A stretch of 49,494 nt of DNA, counting the filler, from Bipalium vagum (lineage: Eukaryota): assembly GCA_037834085.1 (NCBI GenBank). It is 3 parts of 3 records of this genome, joined end to end, with 100 filler letters (N's around TTAATTAATTAA, not from the genome) between each part and the next. Parts side by side here need not be neighbours in the genome. Positions count along the whole stretch, not along the records: positions 1 to 16,825 come from JBBMKC010091934.1; 2 more parts are not named here. One strand, 5' to 3'. Under the pieces are notes generated by a model that did not search any database, was not told where the DNA came from, and saw only the letters and a list, made by a program, of their open reading frames with translations. The translations under genes were made by a program, and so were the position numbers. Below are positions 1 through 11,282 of the stretch, piece after piece. How positions within the stretch are numbered: position 1 is the stretch's first letter; each line of letters begins with the position of its first letter.

Positions 1-994
1 AAATGTTGGTTAATTTTAAAAAAGTAAATAATTTAATTTTAATAAAAGGTGAGGTCCAAGTTTGAAAAGTTTGTTTATTTAATCTGATTTAATGAAATAT
101 ATGATTATTATGGCTTCGACTTTAAATTCTGATTTACAAATGACTACACAAGAATATAACTTGGCGGCATGAACACTGACAGACTCGATCACAGACAGAA
201 TAGCTCCTGATCTACTAAGAAAAGGAGACGATGTGGGGTGTTTTATAAAAAGATATCAAAGATACTTTGACATTAAGGAGACCCCAATAAAGAAAAGAGA
301 AACAGCGATTTAATCGCTATTACATGAAGATCTATGGGAGGCCTACGAAGAAACATTTGGGAAGGCAAGCGGATTTGAAGCTAGAATCAGTCTATTGTTC
401 GAGATTGTTCAGTGTGATGACTAGGAAAATTTTGAATAAGTTTAAAGACGTGGAGGTAGTAAGAAGTAATGACAGATTAAGGTGTGCGAACAATAGCCAA
501 TTGGAAATAGTGGGAAAATGCTCGATTTTGGTGAGGGTAGCAAATGAGTCAAAGCTGGTGAACTTTACAGTAGTAGAGGAAGTCACACAGGATTTAATCG
601 GCGGAATAAATCTCCAGAAGGTATTCGAATTTAGATTGGTTAAAGAGAATTTCGAGCAGATCAAAACTGATGAAAAGGAAAGAGAAGAATCATATATGTG
701 TAATATAAGGAGTGATTCGAATAATTAGTTTATTTGAATTTTTTTTAAAACAGGACCTCACGCCATGATTAGCAATTATTAAATGTTTTTAACTTAAAGT
801 TTTTAAAAATTATGTTACGTTTTTAAATTTTTAAATAAATGTTGGTTAATTTTAAAAAAGTAAATAATTTAATTTTAATAAAAGGTGAGGTCCAAGTTTG
901 AAAAGTTTGTTTGGTTAATCGGATTTAATAAAAGATATCATTATGGCTTCGACTTTGAATTCTGATTTACAAATGACCACACAAGAATATAACT
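1..994 (+). mobile_element. Internally deleted Ty3/gypsy-type LTR retrotransposon (5' LTR 1-161 cut by window edge, PBS at 162, gag/protease remnant, 3' LTR ~699-994)
   Basis: Bases 1-161 repeat directly at 837-994. TGGCGGCA (PBS-like) follows the first LTR at 162. ORF 324-728 contains a retropepsin C-terminal half (LRCANNSQLEIVGKCSI...FTVV...DLIGGINL). RT and integrase are absent. Confidence 0.85.
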
Positions 995-3230
995 GAAAAT
1001 AGCTTTTTCATTTCAAAATTCGATAAGTCACTATAAAAAAAATATTTAATCAAAATATGCATAATTGCTATCTACAACACTTTGCCTAAGTCCTATGAGT
1101 TTCTTTATCTCGTTTCTGAAAAAGTCCGAGTCACGGGATTCAATAAAAGACGCGTAGGTATGTTGAAAATCATTCTGATTTTTGAACTGATGTATTTTTC
1201 TTTAACTTATATTCTTAAATGAAGTAAGTTCTAATTTTCGTCCTTTTCATTGTCCTTTAAATAGAGTTTTATATTATTAAAACAAACCTAAAATAACAAA
1301 ATGAAGTTTTAAATTAATAGAGACTTACCTGTCTTATTATTATTTATCAATAAATATAAAAATATCAGTCGATATTTTAAAATATTTTTACTTTAAAATT
1401 AACATATGAAAAAGCGACAATACTTTTAACTCAAGCTAACAAATATATTTTTTAATTTTACAGAGTGAATGGAAATATGATTTTCCGAGATGCTATTCTT
1501 CATTTTTATAAATCGCTACAGCATGCAGCCTCTAACTCATCTGTCAGTGAGATCATCGGGGCCGTGGCTCTACAGTTAAATGCCTGTTTAGATTGCGGAC
1601 AAAAAAAAATGATGTACGCCAGTTTTAGATTATGACTGTCCTATCCACAATAGTTAAAATAACATCTTTGATTTAAAAAACACCAATTGAAATATTATTA
1701 TCAATCTTTTTTTATTTCCTTCTTACTTTGTTGATTACACAACAAAAAATTGTAACTGGTTATATGCAAAAATATCACTATGAAGATCATACATACCAAA
1801 AAAGTGAAGATTGTCTATTGCTTGTGCATCTTGACTGAGAGTAACTATTTTGGAGTAATTCGAAGTAACTTAAATTCACGGACACACATCGAAAGTAAAA
1901 ACAGGTGTCTATTTGGTTTTTAAATTTAAAAACACTAAAAATAGTCTTAGCACCTTTGAAACACAATTACACAGTAAATATCTGTAAAAATCAGACATTT
2001 ATGCTTCAAAAAATCTAAAAATTGTTTTACAAAAATTCAGAAATATTTTAAGAGCTTAATAAAACATGATCACTTTTTTGTTATAATATAAATCCAATGG
2101 ATACAAAAAAATTATAAATAAAATTTAATTTGGGGAAAATTTGATAATGAATGTCGACAATTTTGTTTTTTGGTTATCAAAAGCAGTACTAATTATAAAT
2201 TTGAAAAATATTTTTTCTGATATTTAAAAATTACAAATATTATGAACAATGTACAAAAGACTTGTTTAAAAAGAGATTTAATTAAATTATTTTTTAACTA
2301 AATTTATATATATAATATATATTAAAATATGCAATTGTTTTAATAATTTATTTAATAATTTTTAAAACAATTCAAAATCAAACTAATAATAATGTTTTTC
2401 TAAATTTAATTAATCATGTAAATAATTAATAAACAAACATAATATTCGATATTATTTATTTATTCAATATTGGCATAAAATTATAATTCGCAGGAGTTAT
2501 CTAAAATTAACAGTTAAAAACCATTATTTAGAAATGTTAACAAAAGTACCCAAATGTTTACTTGTTATTGCAATTTTGATTTTTTTATTTTTTCATCTCA
2601 ATTTTGTACTGCAATTGATTAGTTAAATTCAAGAAAAAAATTGTCAAATATTTTTAATTTGCTAAATTTATTAATAAATTATTTTAATTAACAAATCTTA
2701 ATAAATTAAAAAACTGAAAATGGAGGTAAGAGATTTAATTTTTATAAGAGACTGCCGGTAGCCCCGACTCATTTTGAAGAGAATTCGTTCTGATTATAAC
2801 AGTTTATCATACGTTGAACTTTACAACCCCTCATAGTTAAAATTTTAGGACAAAGTAAATTGCACAATATCATTCATTAAAAATATTCAAATCACATTAA
2901 AAATATTGATGAGATTGCAAGCTTTAAACTCACCTCACTATTTTCTATAGTCTATTTTTTAATATAAAAATTAGAAACACAAGACTGGTCGATTTCAATG
3001 AAGTATTAACACAGGAAATCAATATCTCTGATATATTTTGTTACTTAATTCCATTTAATTTTTGGTTTTTTATTATCATTCAAAATAATTTTTTTGCTTT
3101 TAAGAAACTCGATACATCAACTGTTGGATATCGATTGTTTTTATATGTATTATGATGTATGAGATCAAAAATTCATAAAAATATATAGTAATCAAAAAAG
3201 AAAACATGTATATATTTAGTAAATTTATTA

Positions 3231-3527
3231 TACAAACAAACTAATGTTGCCTTTATAAATAATTAGAAGCCCATGTAATAAGAAAAACTTTTAATAACAA
3301 ATTCTAACCCCTCAGGTACTCAAAATTACATCCATCAGCGTTAACACACTCTTCTAACCGTGCACGAACACACATGCACACTCTAGAACAAAAATTTTTA
3401 TCAGCATCAATTTCTTGACAAGCATCCAAAATGAACTGAATCACATCTCAAATGCTCTCTTAGATGTTCACTATTTTCTGTCTTTCAGTATTGTTTCAAT
3501 ATTTATGTAACATTAGTTTGTTTGTAT
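3231..3527 (-). mobile_element. Tc1/mariner-derived MITE carrying a transposase C-terminus
   Basis: 24-bp inverted repeat ATTATACAAACAAACTAATGTT(G/A)C at 3227-3250 and 3507-3530 with TA ends. The minus strand reads ...CVRARLEECVNADGCNFEYLRG*, a typical transposase tail. Confidence 0.75.
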
Positions 3528-4240
3528 AATACACGTGGTAAATATTATATGTAAGTGGTTTCTCTTTTTTTCATAACTGTTTACTTACTTTTGCACTCTT
3601 CTGTATATTGTCTAATGGGTTATCCAACAAATTTTTACTAATTTGAAAGTACTTGCGAATCTTGATATGAAGTCATTCGTGGAACTCTATCTTTTGTCAA
3701 GATGTTGAAGGTGTCAATAAATTGGCTTATTCGAACTAATAATGGATTTAGATATATCTGAATATAAACAATTCAGTTGATTATCGTCTTTGACAACCGA
3801 AGGTCTTCGAAAACCTTGTCCACATTGAAGGCGGGTGTCATCGGAATTGAATTTCGAAAATCAGCGCCTTGTTGTTCTCCAATTGAGCGCATCTGAACCT
3901 TCAACTTCTACTATTAATCTGTTGTATTCATCGACTTATATCTGTCTTTTCTAATAATGGAGAACTATACGACTTTCATATTTTTTAGTTATTTTAGTTC
4001 AGGGCTAAAATGATTATTAAAACAAATTAATATAATTAAAGAATGGTTCAAGGATAATTCGCTCAGTTTTAATGGGAAAAAGTCAGCTTTGAAAACCCTA
4101 GGGTATGCCTAGAATAGTTCAGACTTTAATTAATAAAGAACCATGTCGAAAATCACAAGAAACTGAAATGATAATTTTTATATGTTGGTAAAATCAGAAA
4201 GATACAGAAATAAAAATCGTCTCGAATTATAGTGAGCACT

Positions 4241-4653
4241 CGGGTCATCTTTTTTTGCAAAGATCATATTTTTTTGCCGATCATAATGCAAAAATGAATA
4301 CAAGACTGTGGCTCGTCAAAAGTCTACCATAATGAGTGATGAATGGAGAGTCTATTCTTCGTTGAATTTTCATTTTGGGCAGAACTGAAACTGAAGATCA
4401 AGTGAATGAAAGGAGTGCATGGGATTGTTCTCATTTCATATTTATCAGAATATATGTAGAGGCAGAACGTCCAGAAAGAAAATTTACATGCAATATTTAT
4501 TTTGTTAAAAAAATAAAACAAATTTTATACCTTATTTTTAATTTATTAATCTTGTTAAAACTTATAAAAATTATGGGGGAGAAATAAATGTGATGCAAAG
4601 TTATGGGTGATAAAAAATATGGTTCGCACATGGGTGAAAAAAAAGATGACCCG
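4241..4653. mobile_element. MITE with CGGGTCATCTTTTTTT termini (Mutator-like)
   Basis: CGGGTCATCTTTTTTT at 4241 and its reverse complement AAAAAAAGATGACCCG ending at 4653, with related subterminal repeats. No TSD recognised. Confidence 0.55.
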
Positions 4654-6861
4654 AAAATTTTGCTCTATTAACATTTACAATTGCCATAGCTTATGTTGTG
4701 ATTGACACAGATCTCATCGATTAGCAACTGTGTTTCATTGTCTCGAACTTTTCGATTGACATGAACGAAGTTTATCATGGACACTGAAATCATCCATCTT
4801 GTAATCTATAATTTAAACCATTCTCTTCATGGTTTATCTCGGATAAATTTCTGTACAATCTTCCATGAGCATTCGATGAATTCTTTCAAACCGAAGCAAG
4901 GCATTAACATTTTTGGGAAAAGTTGTTGCGGTTAAATAATAATAAAATTAATAGTAACTGAGATAAATTGTTACAATTCCAAACGTTTAATAGCAAGATA
5001 TTATTAAAATATTTCCAAACTCAGAATTAAATGGTAAATGGAAGTTTTCATATATCAAAGAAATAATCAATGATTAATTGACATAAAAACGGACCGAATT
5101 AATTCAAACCTAATTATTCATTAACTTCTTATTTTATCACCTTACACTTCTAAATTTCAAAGATTTATCTTAGAGTATGATGTCATATTACATAGACTCA
5201 ACAGAAAAAGAACAGCCTACGTATATTACTGAAAATAAAAGTCAGAAATAAAAAACTTTTAATAAAAAATATTTTTATTTACTAATTGCTAATAATATAT
5301 TTATCATCATATATTTTATTCACTAAATTTCTCAAAGCATTACAAGCGAGTTATTTGAGTTTAGAAAGTAAATTAGGTAATATATTAATGTTATTCACAA
5401 TTTTAAGTTAAACCAATATGTATTTAAATAATTTTATTCTTTATTATTAAAAATTAAATAATATGATAAATTAAAAATTGATCCTGTCTATGAGGCACTA
5501 AGAAAATAAATCAAATTCACAAAATATGGATTTTTCAAACTGAATCAAAAATTTTTTCAAAATTCTAAAATTCACTTCGCTTTATTTTTAGAATAAGTAA
5601 TATATATAAATAAAATAAATTATTTAGCTGCAACACATTGATAATAAGAAATTATCAGCCTATGTATTGAAAGACGGGGAAGACACTGGAATGAAAAAAA
5701 TATGGAAAAAGGCAGTATTTTCTTTGAAGCGGGACAAAGTAATAATATTTTAAAAAATATTTTGTTCTTTTATTTCAAATAGGGAAACAAAAGTCAGAGT
5801 ATTTTGAAAAATATAAAAAAAGAATCTTTCAGACCTTCCAGTAGTTTACTCCAAACCAACTGCCATCACGACGATTCAAGTAATTATATTATTTAATTAT
5901 TTTAATTTTATTTTGAAGACATAAATATACAATTTTATTTATCTATTTAGTTTTTTTACAGAAAATTTTATTTTCGTTATATATATAACAAATATAATAT
6001 ATAATAATATATATAACAAATATTTTTATTAATTATGACTGGCTAATTTTTATATTTTTTGTATTTAATTTTTTTACGTTATTTATTCAAATATATTTTC
6101 ACAGATAGATATCAAAAGAAATGAAAAAATATTTTAATATTAAAAAATTGATCATTTTTAGTAGTGTCAAACCATCCAAACAAGACCAACATTGGAGCTA
6201 AACCTTAAAAATCATATTTTATCAATTTTTTCTATTTTTGTATTTTTTGCAATTTGTGTAATTTTAAATTAATTTTTGTATGTTTTAAATTTTTTACACT
6301 TTTATAATTTTTAATATAAGTAAAAGAGAAAAATGTAAGAAAATACAAATGAATTTGGAGACATGTTTTTATTAAACAATGTTTTTTTTATGGTAAAACT
6401 TGAGAAAATACGTAAGTTTTTAAGAAACAGAGAAGATTTTAAAATTATTTCAGATAATGAAAGGTTTAAAAGGCTTCAAGGTGTCTACGACTATTTCGCA
6501 AATTATTTTTTGAAATTTGTCAATTGTAACCGCAAACAACTGGTATTTTTTATTATTGATCTTGAGAAGTCTTTCATTAACCACAAATACCATATGTATA
6601 GTATTTAAGAGCATAGCATTTTGTGGTCTTCGAAAATCGAATCTCTTATTACTGAAATTGTTGATCTTCGACGTTTTTGGCCATTGCTTCTTCTCTTCTA
6701 CTTTGACTTTTTCGTAGTTGCAGTAGTTTTTAGCATAAGTAACAATGTTCTTTCATAAAGAATATTCTATTAATTATTAAAAATTCTATGATTATTTTTT
6801 CATCAAAAAAGACATCTTTTAATTGAAATATTGTTGGAATAATCTGAAATATATTATATTA

Positions 6862-7889
6862 CTGATGGTCATCCGAAAACCGGGAAATTTCAAAAAAAAT
6901 TATATTTATAACAAATATACACGAATTTCATAAATGTTCAAAATGGCTTCCTTGTGCATCATGACATCGTCCTAACCATGGGATCCAAGCTTTCGTTGCC
7001 GTTCGAAGTAATATATTTCGTCACAATAGATATTGTGATTTACCGTTTTCCTTTTCCTTCTGTAACAAGGGAGATGTTCTTGTTCTGAAGCAAAGCCTTT
7101 AATAAATCTAAGTTCTGTTTTTCCATAGAAGGACACTGCACCCTAACAAGATACAGAGGGTTGCACTTTGTCATATTCAATCAGTAGATCTTCGTTGAGT
7201 ATATCAGTTCTCACGGAAAATTCTATCATTCTGTTGGTTTAAAGGATGCCTCAATGAAGACTTTACTTCGTCTGAGAACCACACTTTCTTCTAAGCATCC
7301 ATTTGTCCACAACGATTTGCCAGTGCCCGGGACTTATTCATACGCATTATTTTATGGATTGCGGAAATTGCACTTTACTCTTCTATAGCACGTCAGCTTA
7401 TATTGTTTCATGATATTAAAAACGGATGTTTTTGATATTTGTAGTTACCGGGATATTTCTTGATGGCTCAAATGCTTCCTTTCAATATCTCCTACACGAA
7501 CTGGCGATAAAGCTAAAGCCTTCACATTTTCACGTTTCTCATCAGAAATTCGGTTTTGGGATCCTATTCTTTTTTATCCGGGCAATCTATAACGGATTTG
7601 CTTTAAAAGATGCAACGACATTATCAAATTGGTGTTTGGTAACCTTTGAACATTTTATTATTCCCATGTAGGATTTTCCGTCTTAAACAGAATTATTACT
7701 TGTCTTTTAAAATCTGATAATTGTTTTCCTTCTCGCATCAATTAGTTATCTAAAAAAATCAATAATTATGAAATGATAAATAATGAAATTGAATGTATAA
7801 TGACAATAATTAATTTTTTTGAAATTCATGTATATTTGTTGTAAATATATTTTTTTTTGAAATTTCCCGGTTTTCGGATGACCACCCTG
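6862..7889 (-). mobile_element. Decayed Tc1/mariner element (maT/rosa-like), internally deleted
   Basis: ~70-bp TIRs (..GGTCATCCGAAAACCGGGAAATTTCAAAAAAAA..) flanked by TA. Minus-strand remnants: MREGKQLSDFKRQVII, VWFSDE...LNQQNDRI and a C-terminal GSHFEHL*. Confidence 0.85.
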
Positions 7890-7908
7890 TATGAAACATA
7901 TTATTTTA

Positions 7909-8134
7909 TTGGGCTGTTCCCAAAGTCACTTCTATTTTTTATAACTATCTTTAAATCTTAATTTAAAGTACATAATTCATTTTAAAGGTTTGGATATTCA
8001 AATTGCCTGGCAGATAGCAGAAGGTCTTGGAACAGAAGGGACAATACATCATTGATTAAAAAATTTATTACTAATTAAACTTTTGATCTTACTTTTTACT
8101 AAAAAAATGCGAAGTGACTTTTTGAACAACCAAA
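7909..8134 (+). mobile_element. Mariner-derived MITE
   Basis: TA-flanked TIRs TTGGGCTGTTCCCAAAGTCACTTC / GAAGTGACTTTTTGAACAACCAAA. Internal LPGR*QKVLEQKGQYIID* matches the mariner transposase C-terminus. Confidence 0.8.
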
Positions 8135-9099
8135 TATTACTATCTGACATTAAGTACTAATAACATAAAATTTTATTATTGTTTGACCCTAATATGTTTT
8201 CAATCTAAATTGAATTTTTGTCAAATTAACTTGCAGAAATTGACAAATAATTTTATTTGTTTAAAAAAAAGACTATTTTAATTATTTTTAAAAAATGACA
8301 AGCGTGGCACATATATATCCAACGATATTCTCTTTTCTTTTTGATTTATTTATTCTTTATTCTCATAACAATTTAAAATCGAATCTTTTATTCCTTTTCC
8401 AAAATAAGAATCATAAAATTCCAGATCCTTGATATATTTTTTAGATTTTGGTTTTTATTATTATCTTTTTGCATTTAATTAATTTTTAAAAAATCTGTTT
8501 CTAAGTTTCCTTTGATTTTTAAACTGTTTCTGCAATCCCTACAGGTTCAGAAGGACATCATCGAGCTTTTATTTTAAAGATTCGACAAAATTGTTATACC
8601 CATCATGTTTAAAGAGATATTCGAGTTCGACTATTTAAAAATTTAAATAATTATAATGGTAAATATCTTTTAGGATTTTTTTAATCTAAATTAATTGAAA
8701 TAAAAATGAAAATGACTTTTTCAAAAACAAATTTAATCTAAAAAGTTATTATAAAAAACAATATTTATTTTAACAATATAAAATATTTTAATAAAATTAT
8801 AAAAGAAAATCAATATTTTAACAATATTAGAATGGTTGATTAATGTCTTCCGTGGAAGACTTTTCTCAAAATAGATTTTTATTTTTTATTTTTAAGTAAT
8901 AAAAAAATAATAATATTGTATAAATAAAAACAGAAATATAAAACTAAATTATTATTATTTTCTCAATGCTAGTAACAATAAAATCAATCATCAATTTTTA
9001 AAAGCTTTAGAATTTCATTTTTAAGAACTTTTTTTCTAAGCATTAAATAACAATTATTATTCAAAAATATTATTATTAAAATTGACCCAATGATTTTTC

Positions 9100-10130
9100 A
9101 CTAAACTAAAAAGAAAATTATTATGTATTATTTTATCTTCTTTTTTTCATTCATGAAATATCATTTTTGATTTATTAAAGGATTAGAATATTTTCATATA
9201 TATTTCCTGTAAAATAATTAGGATAAATAGGTGCAATTCCTTTTTAAACCTATTTTATCACGTGAATCTTTGGTGACATTTTCCATTTCTTAAAATTCTA
9301 CATTAAACTTTGATAAAATATTTTCATAAAATTTTCAATTTTTTTAATTCATTTCTTTGTAAATATTTTTGAAAAATCATATTTTTTCTTCTGAATTATA
9401 ATGAAAAAAGGACTTTGTAAATAATGTAATAATCTTAAAATATTATATCGCTTCAAATTATATTTTTCTACATCTTTGTGAACCAAACTTTTTCCACCAA
9501 TCATAAAATAATTCTTATACTTATTATACCACCCAGAAATATGATATTGAATTGTAGTTTCAAAATTTGAATTTTTATTTATGTTTATCTGCAACTAATA
9601 TTATTGTAACTTCATTTCCATCATTTCTCCTTGTAAATATCTCATTTTATTTATATAATTTTTAAATTTCACAAAATCCAAGACTCAAGAAATAATGATT
9701 TCCATTGTGTATCCCAACTACATAGGTTTACTTTTGAATTTATAATTTATATTTATCAGTAGTATCATAATATTTAAAAATTGGTTGGATTTTATTAATT
9801 AATATTTTTATAAAGGTTTATTTGAAATTGAGAAAGTCACTGAAAAGCTCTGTGAATTCCTTCATTTTTTTATTGATTCAATATTTTCATTAGGAGTATT
9901 TTTATTTAATAAATCTAAATTTTTTTGAGATCTGGATTTTTTATAGAACTTTTAAAATAGTTTTCTTAAAATTATAGAAAATAGAAATTATTTTATTCTT
10001 ATTCTTTTCCACTGATTCCACAACTTTGATTGAATAAATAAAATATTGCAAATTAAGAACATCAAAATTATCGATAGGATTACCAATATTTATTATTTTA
10101 TTTTCATTTATATTTATAAAATTTTTCATT
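9100..10130 (-). pseudogene. Decayed virus-like structural (fibre-like) gene
   Basis: NENKIINIGNPIDNFDVLNLQY resembles the KIxNLxxPxxxxDAxxxxY stalk motif of fibre/adhesin proteins. Downstream YFTGNIYENILI resembles a LamG/ConA-like strand. Many stops. Confidence 0.3.
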
Positions 10131-10389
10131 ACATATCAAGTCATTTAAAAAATTTAGAACCTGTTTCTTTCAAAATATTACTCATATTTTATATAAAGTT
10201 TATTATTATTTATTATAAAATTTATCATCAAATTGAAAGTTGATTTTATATAATATTTTTCCATTTTATTAAAATAAATAATATATTAAAAGAATTAATA
10301 AAAAATCTCTTAAATTTGATTTTGTTAATTATTGTTTTAGTTTCAACATTAAAAAATTTTTTTCCTTTTATTATTATTTCCGTAAACAC

Positions 10390-10660
10390 ACCATGTTTCT
10401 TCAAAACATTCTGCAATTCAGGATATGACAGTTTTGTGTAACAAAGGCCACATATCCGATTTTTTATTTCGACATTTAAATGTTTCTTAGTCAATTTATT
10501 TATAACTTGAATTATTAAAACAAACAGAGCAAAAACACCAAATTACATACATATTACGTGCAATAGCTGAAATATTAAAAATATAATAAATGTTAACCAA
10601 TTTAAACATTTTTATAAAAATGTTTTATTTTGTGTAAGCCTCATTTTTTGTCCAGCTGTG
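10390..10660 (-). mobile_element. 5' fragment of a Tc1-like element
   Basis: TA+CACAGCTGGACAAAAAATGAGGCT terminus at 10660 on the minus strand, followed by an HTH-like start TKKHLNVEIKNRICGL. No second TIR found. Confidence 0.5.
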
Positions 10661-11147
10661 TATATATATTAATAATATGATTTAAAAGAAAAACATTTAA
10701 ATTCTCCAGAAAATAAATAAAAACTAAGCTAAAAATTCATAAACATTTAGGATTCTTATCAAGACATTTTTAAAAAAAAATCAATAAAGTTTTAAAAAAT
10801 GAAATTAGTTTTAAATAAGATTTATTGGATTATGTAAACATTGATTATTAATTGAAATTACATTTTCTCCGCAATTTTACTAGAAATTTTTTAATGATTA
10901 TTTTCATTTTAAAAATTATAAAAATGTTTCAAGAAACACTGATTTGTCAAGGAACTGCATACAATCACTATAAGAAAACCTTACAAAGCGTAAACTCAGG
11001 TTTTTCCAATTGATAGATTATAAGAAATTTATTTTTTTCTGAAATTTTTAAGAAAACATTCTTTAATTCTTATTTTTTAGAATTTTTATTCTATACACTG
11101 ATAATGCTTGAAAAGAGTCAAATTTTTGAATCAAAACAAAATGATTT

Positions 11148-11282
11148 NNNNNNNNNNNNNNNNNNNNNNNNNNNNNNNNNNNNNNNNNNNNNNNNNNNNN
11201 NNNNNNNNNNNNNNNNNNNNNNNNNNNNNNNNNNNNNNNNNNNNNNNNNNNNNNNNNNNNNNNNNNNNNNNNNNNNNNNNNN
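11148..11282. other. Assembly gap
   Basis: Run of N. Confidence 1.

Noticed and set aside
48-70. CCAAGTTTGA in the LTR resembling the end of nematode SL1
   Set aside because: Only 10 nt match, with no following GT donor or Sm site; part of the LTR.
1040-1620. Two exon-like plus-strand blocks with a faint DUF4806-like tail
   Set aside because: No start, splice phases not reconciled, and similarity too weak to call.
3600-3960. Possible gag-like remnant on the minus strand
   Set aside because: Multiple stops and no LTR or diagnostic motif.
8520-8575. Possible decayed hammerhead on the minus strand (CGATGATG...GAAACAG), or a protease His motif on the plus strand (GSEGHH)
   Set aside because: The core is broken and the two readings conflict; neither can be supported.
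9200-9594. Integrase zinc-binding-like reading of ORF 9349-9594 and downstream sequence
   Set aside because: No HHCC or DDE residues could be placed; an alternative frame fits a lectin-like fold at least as well.
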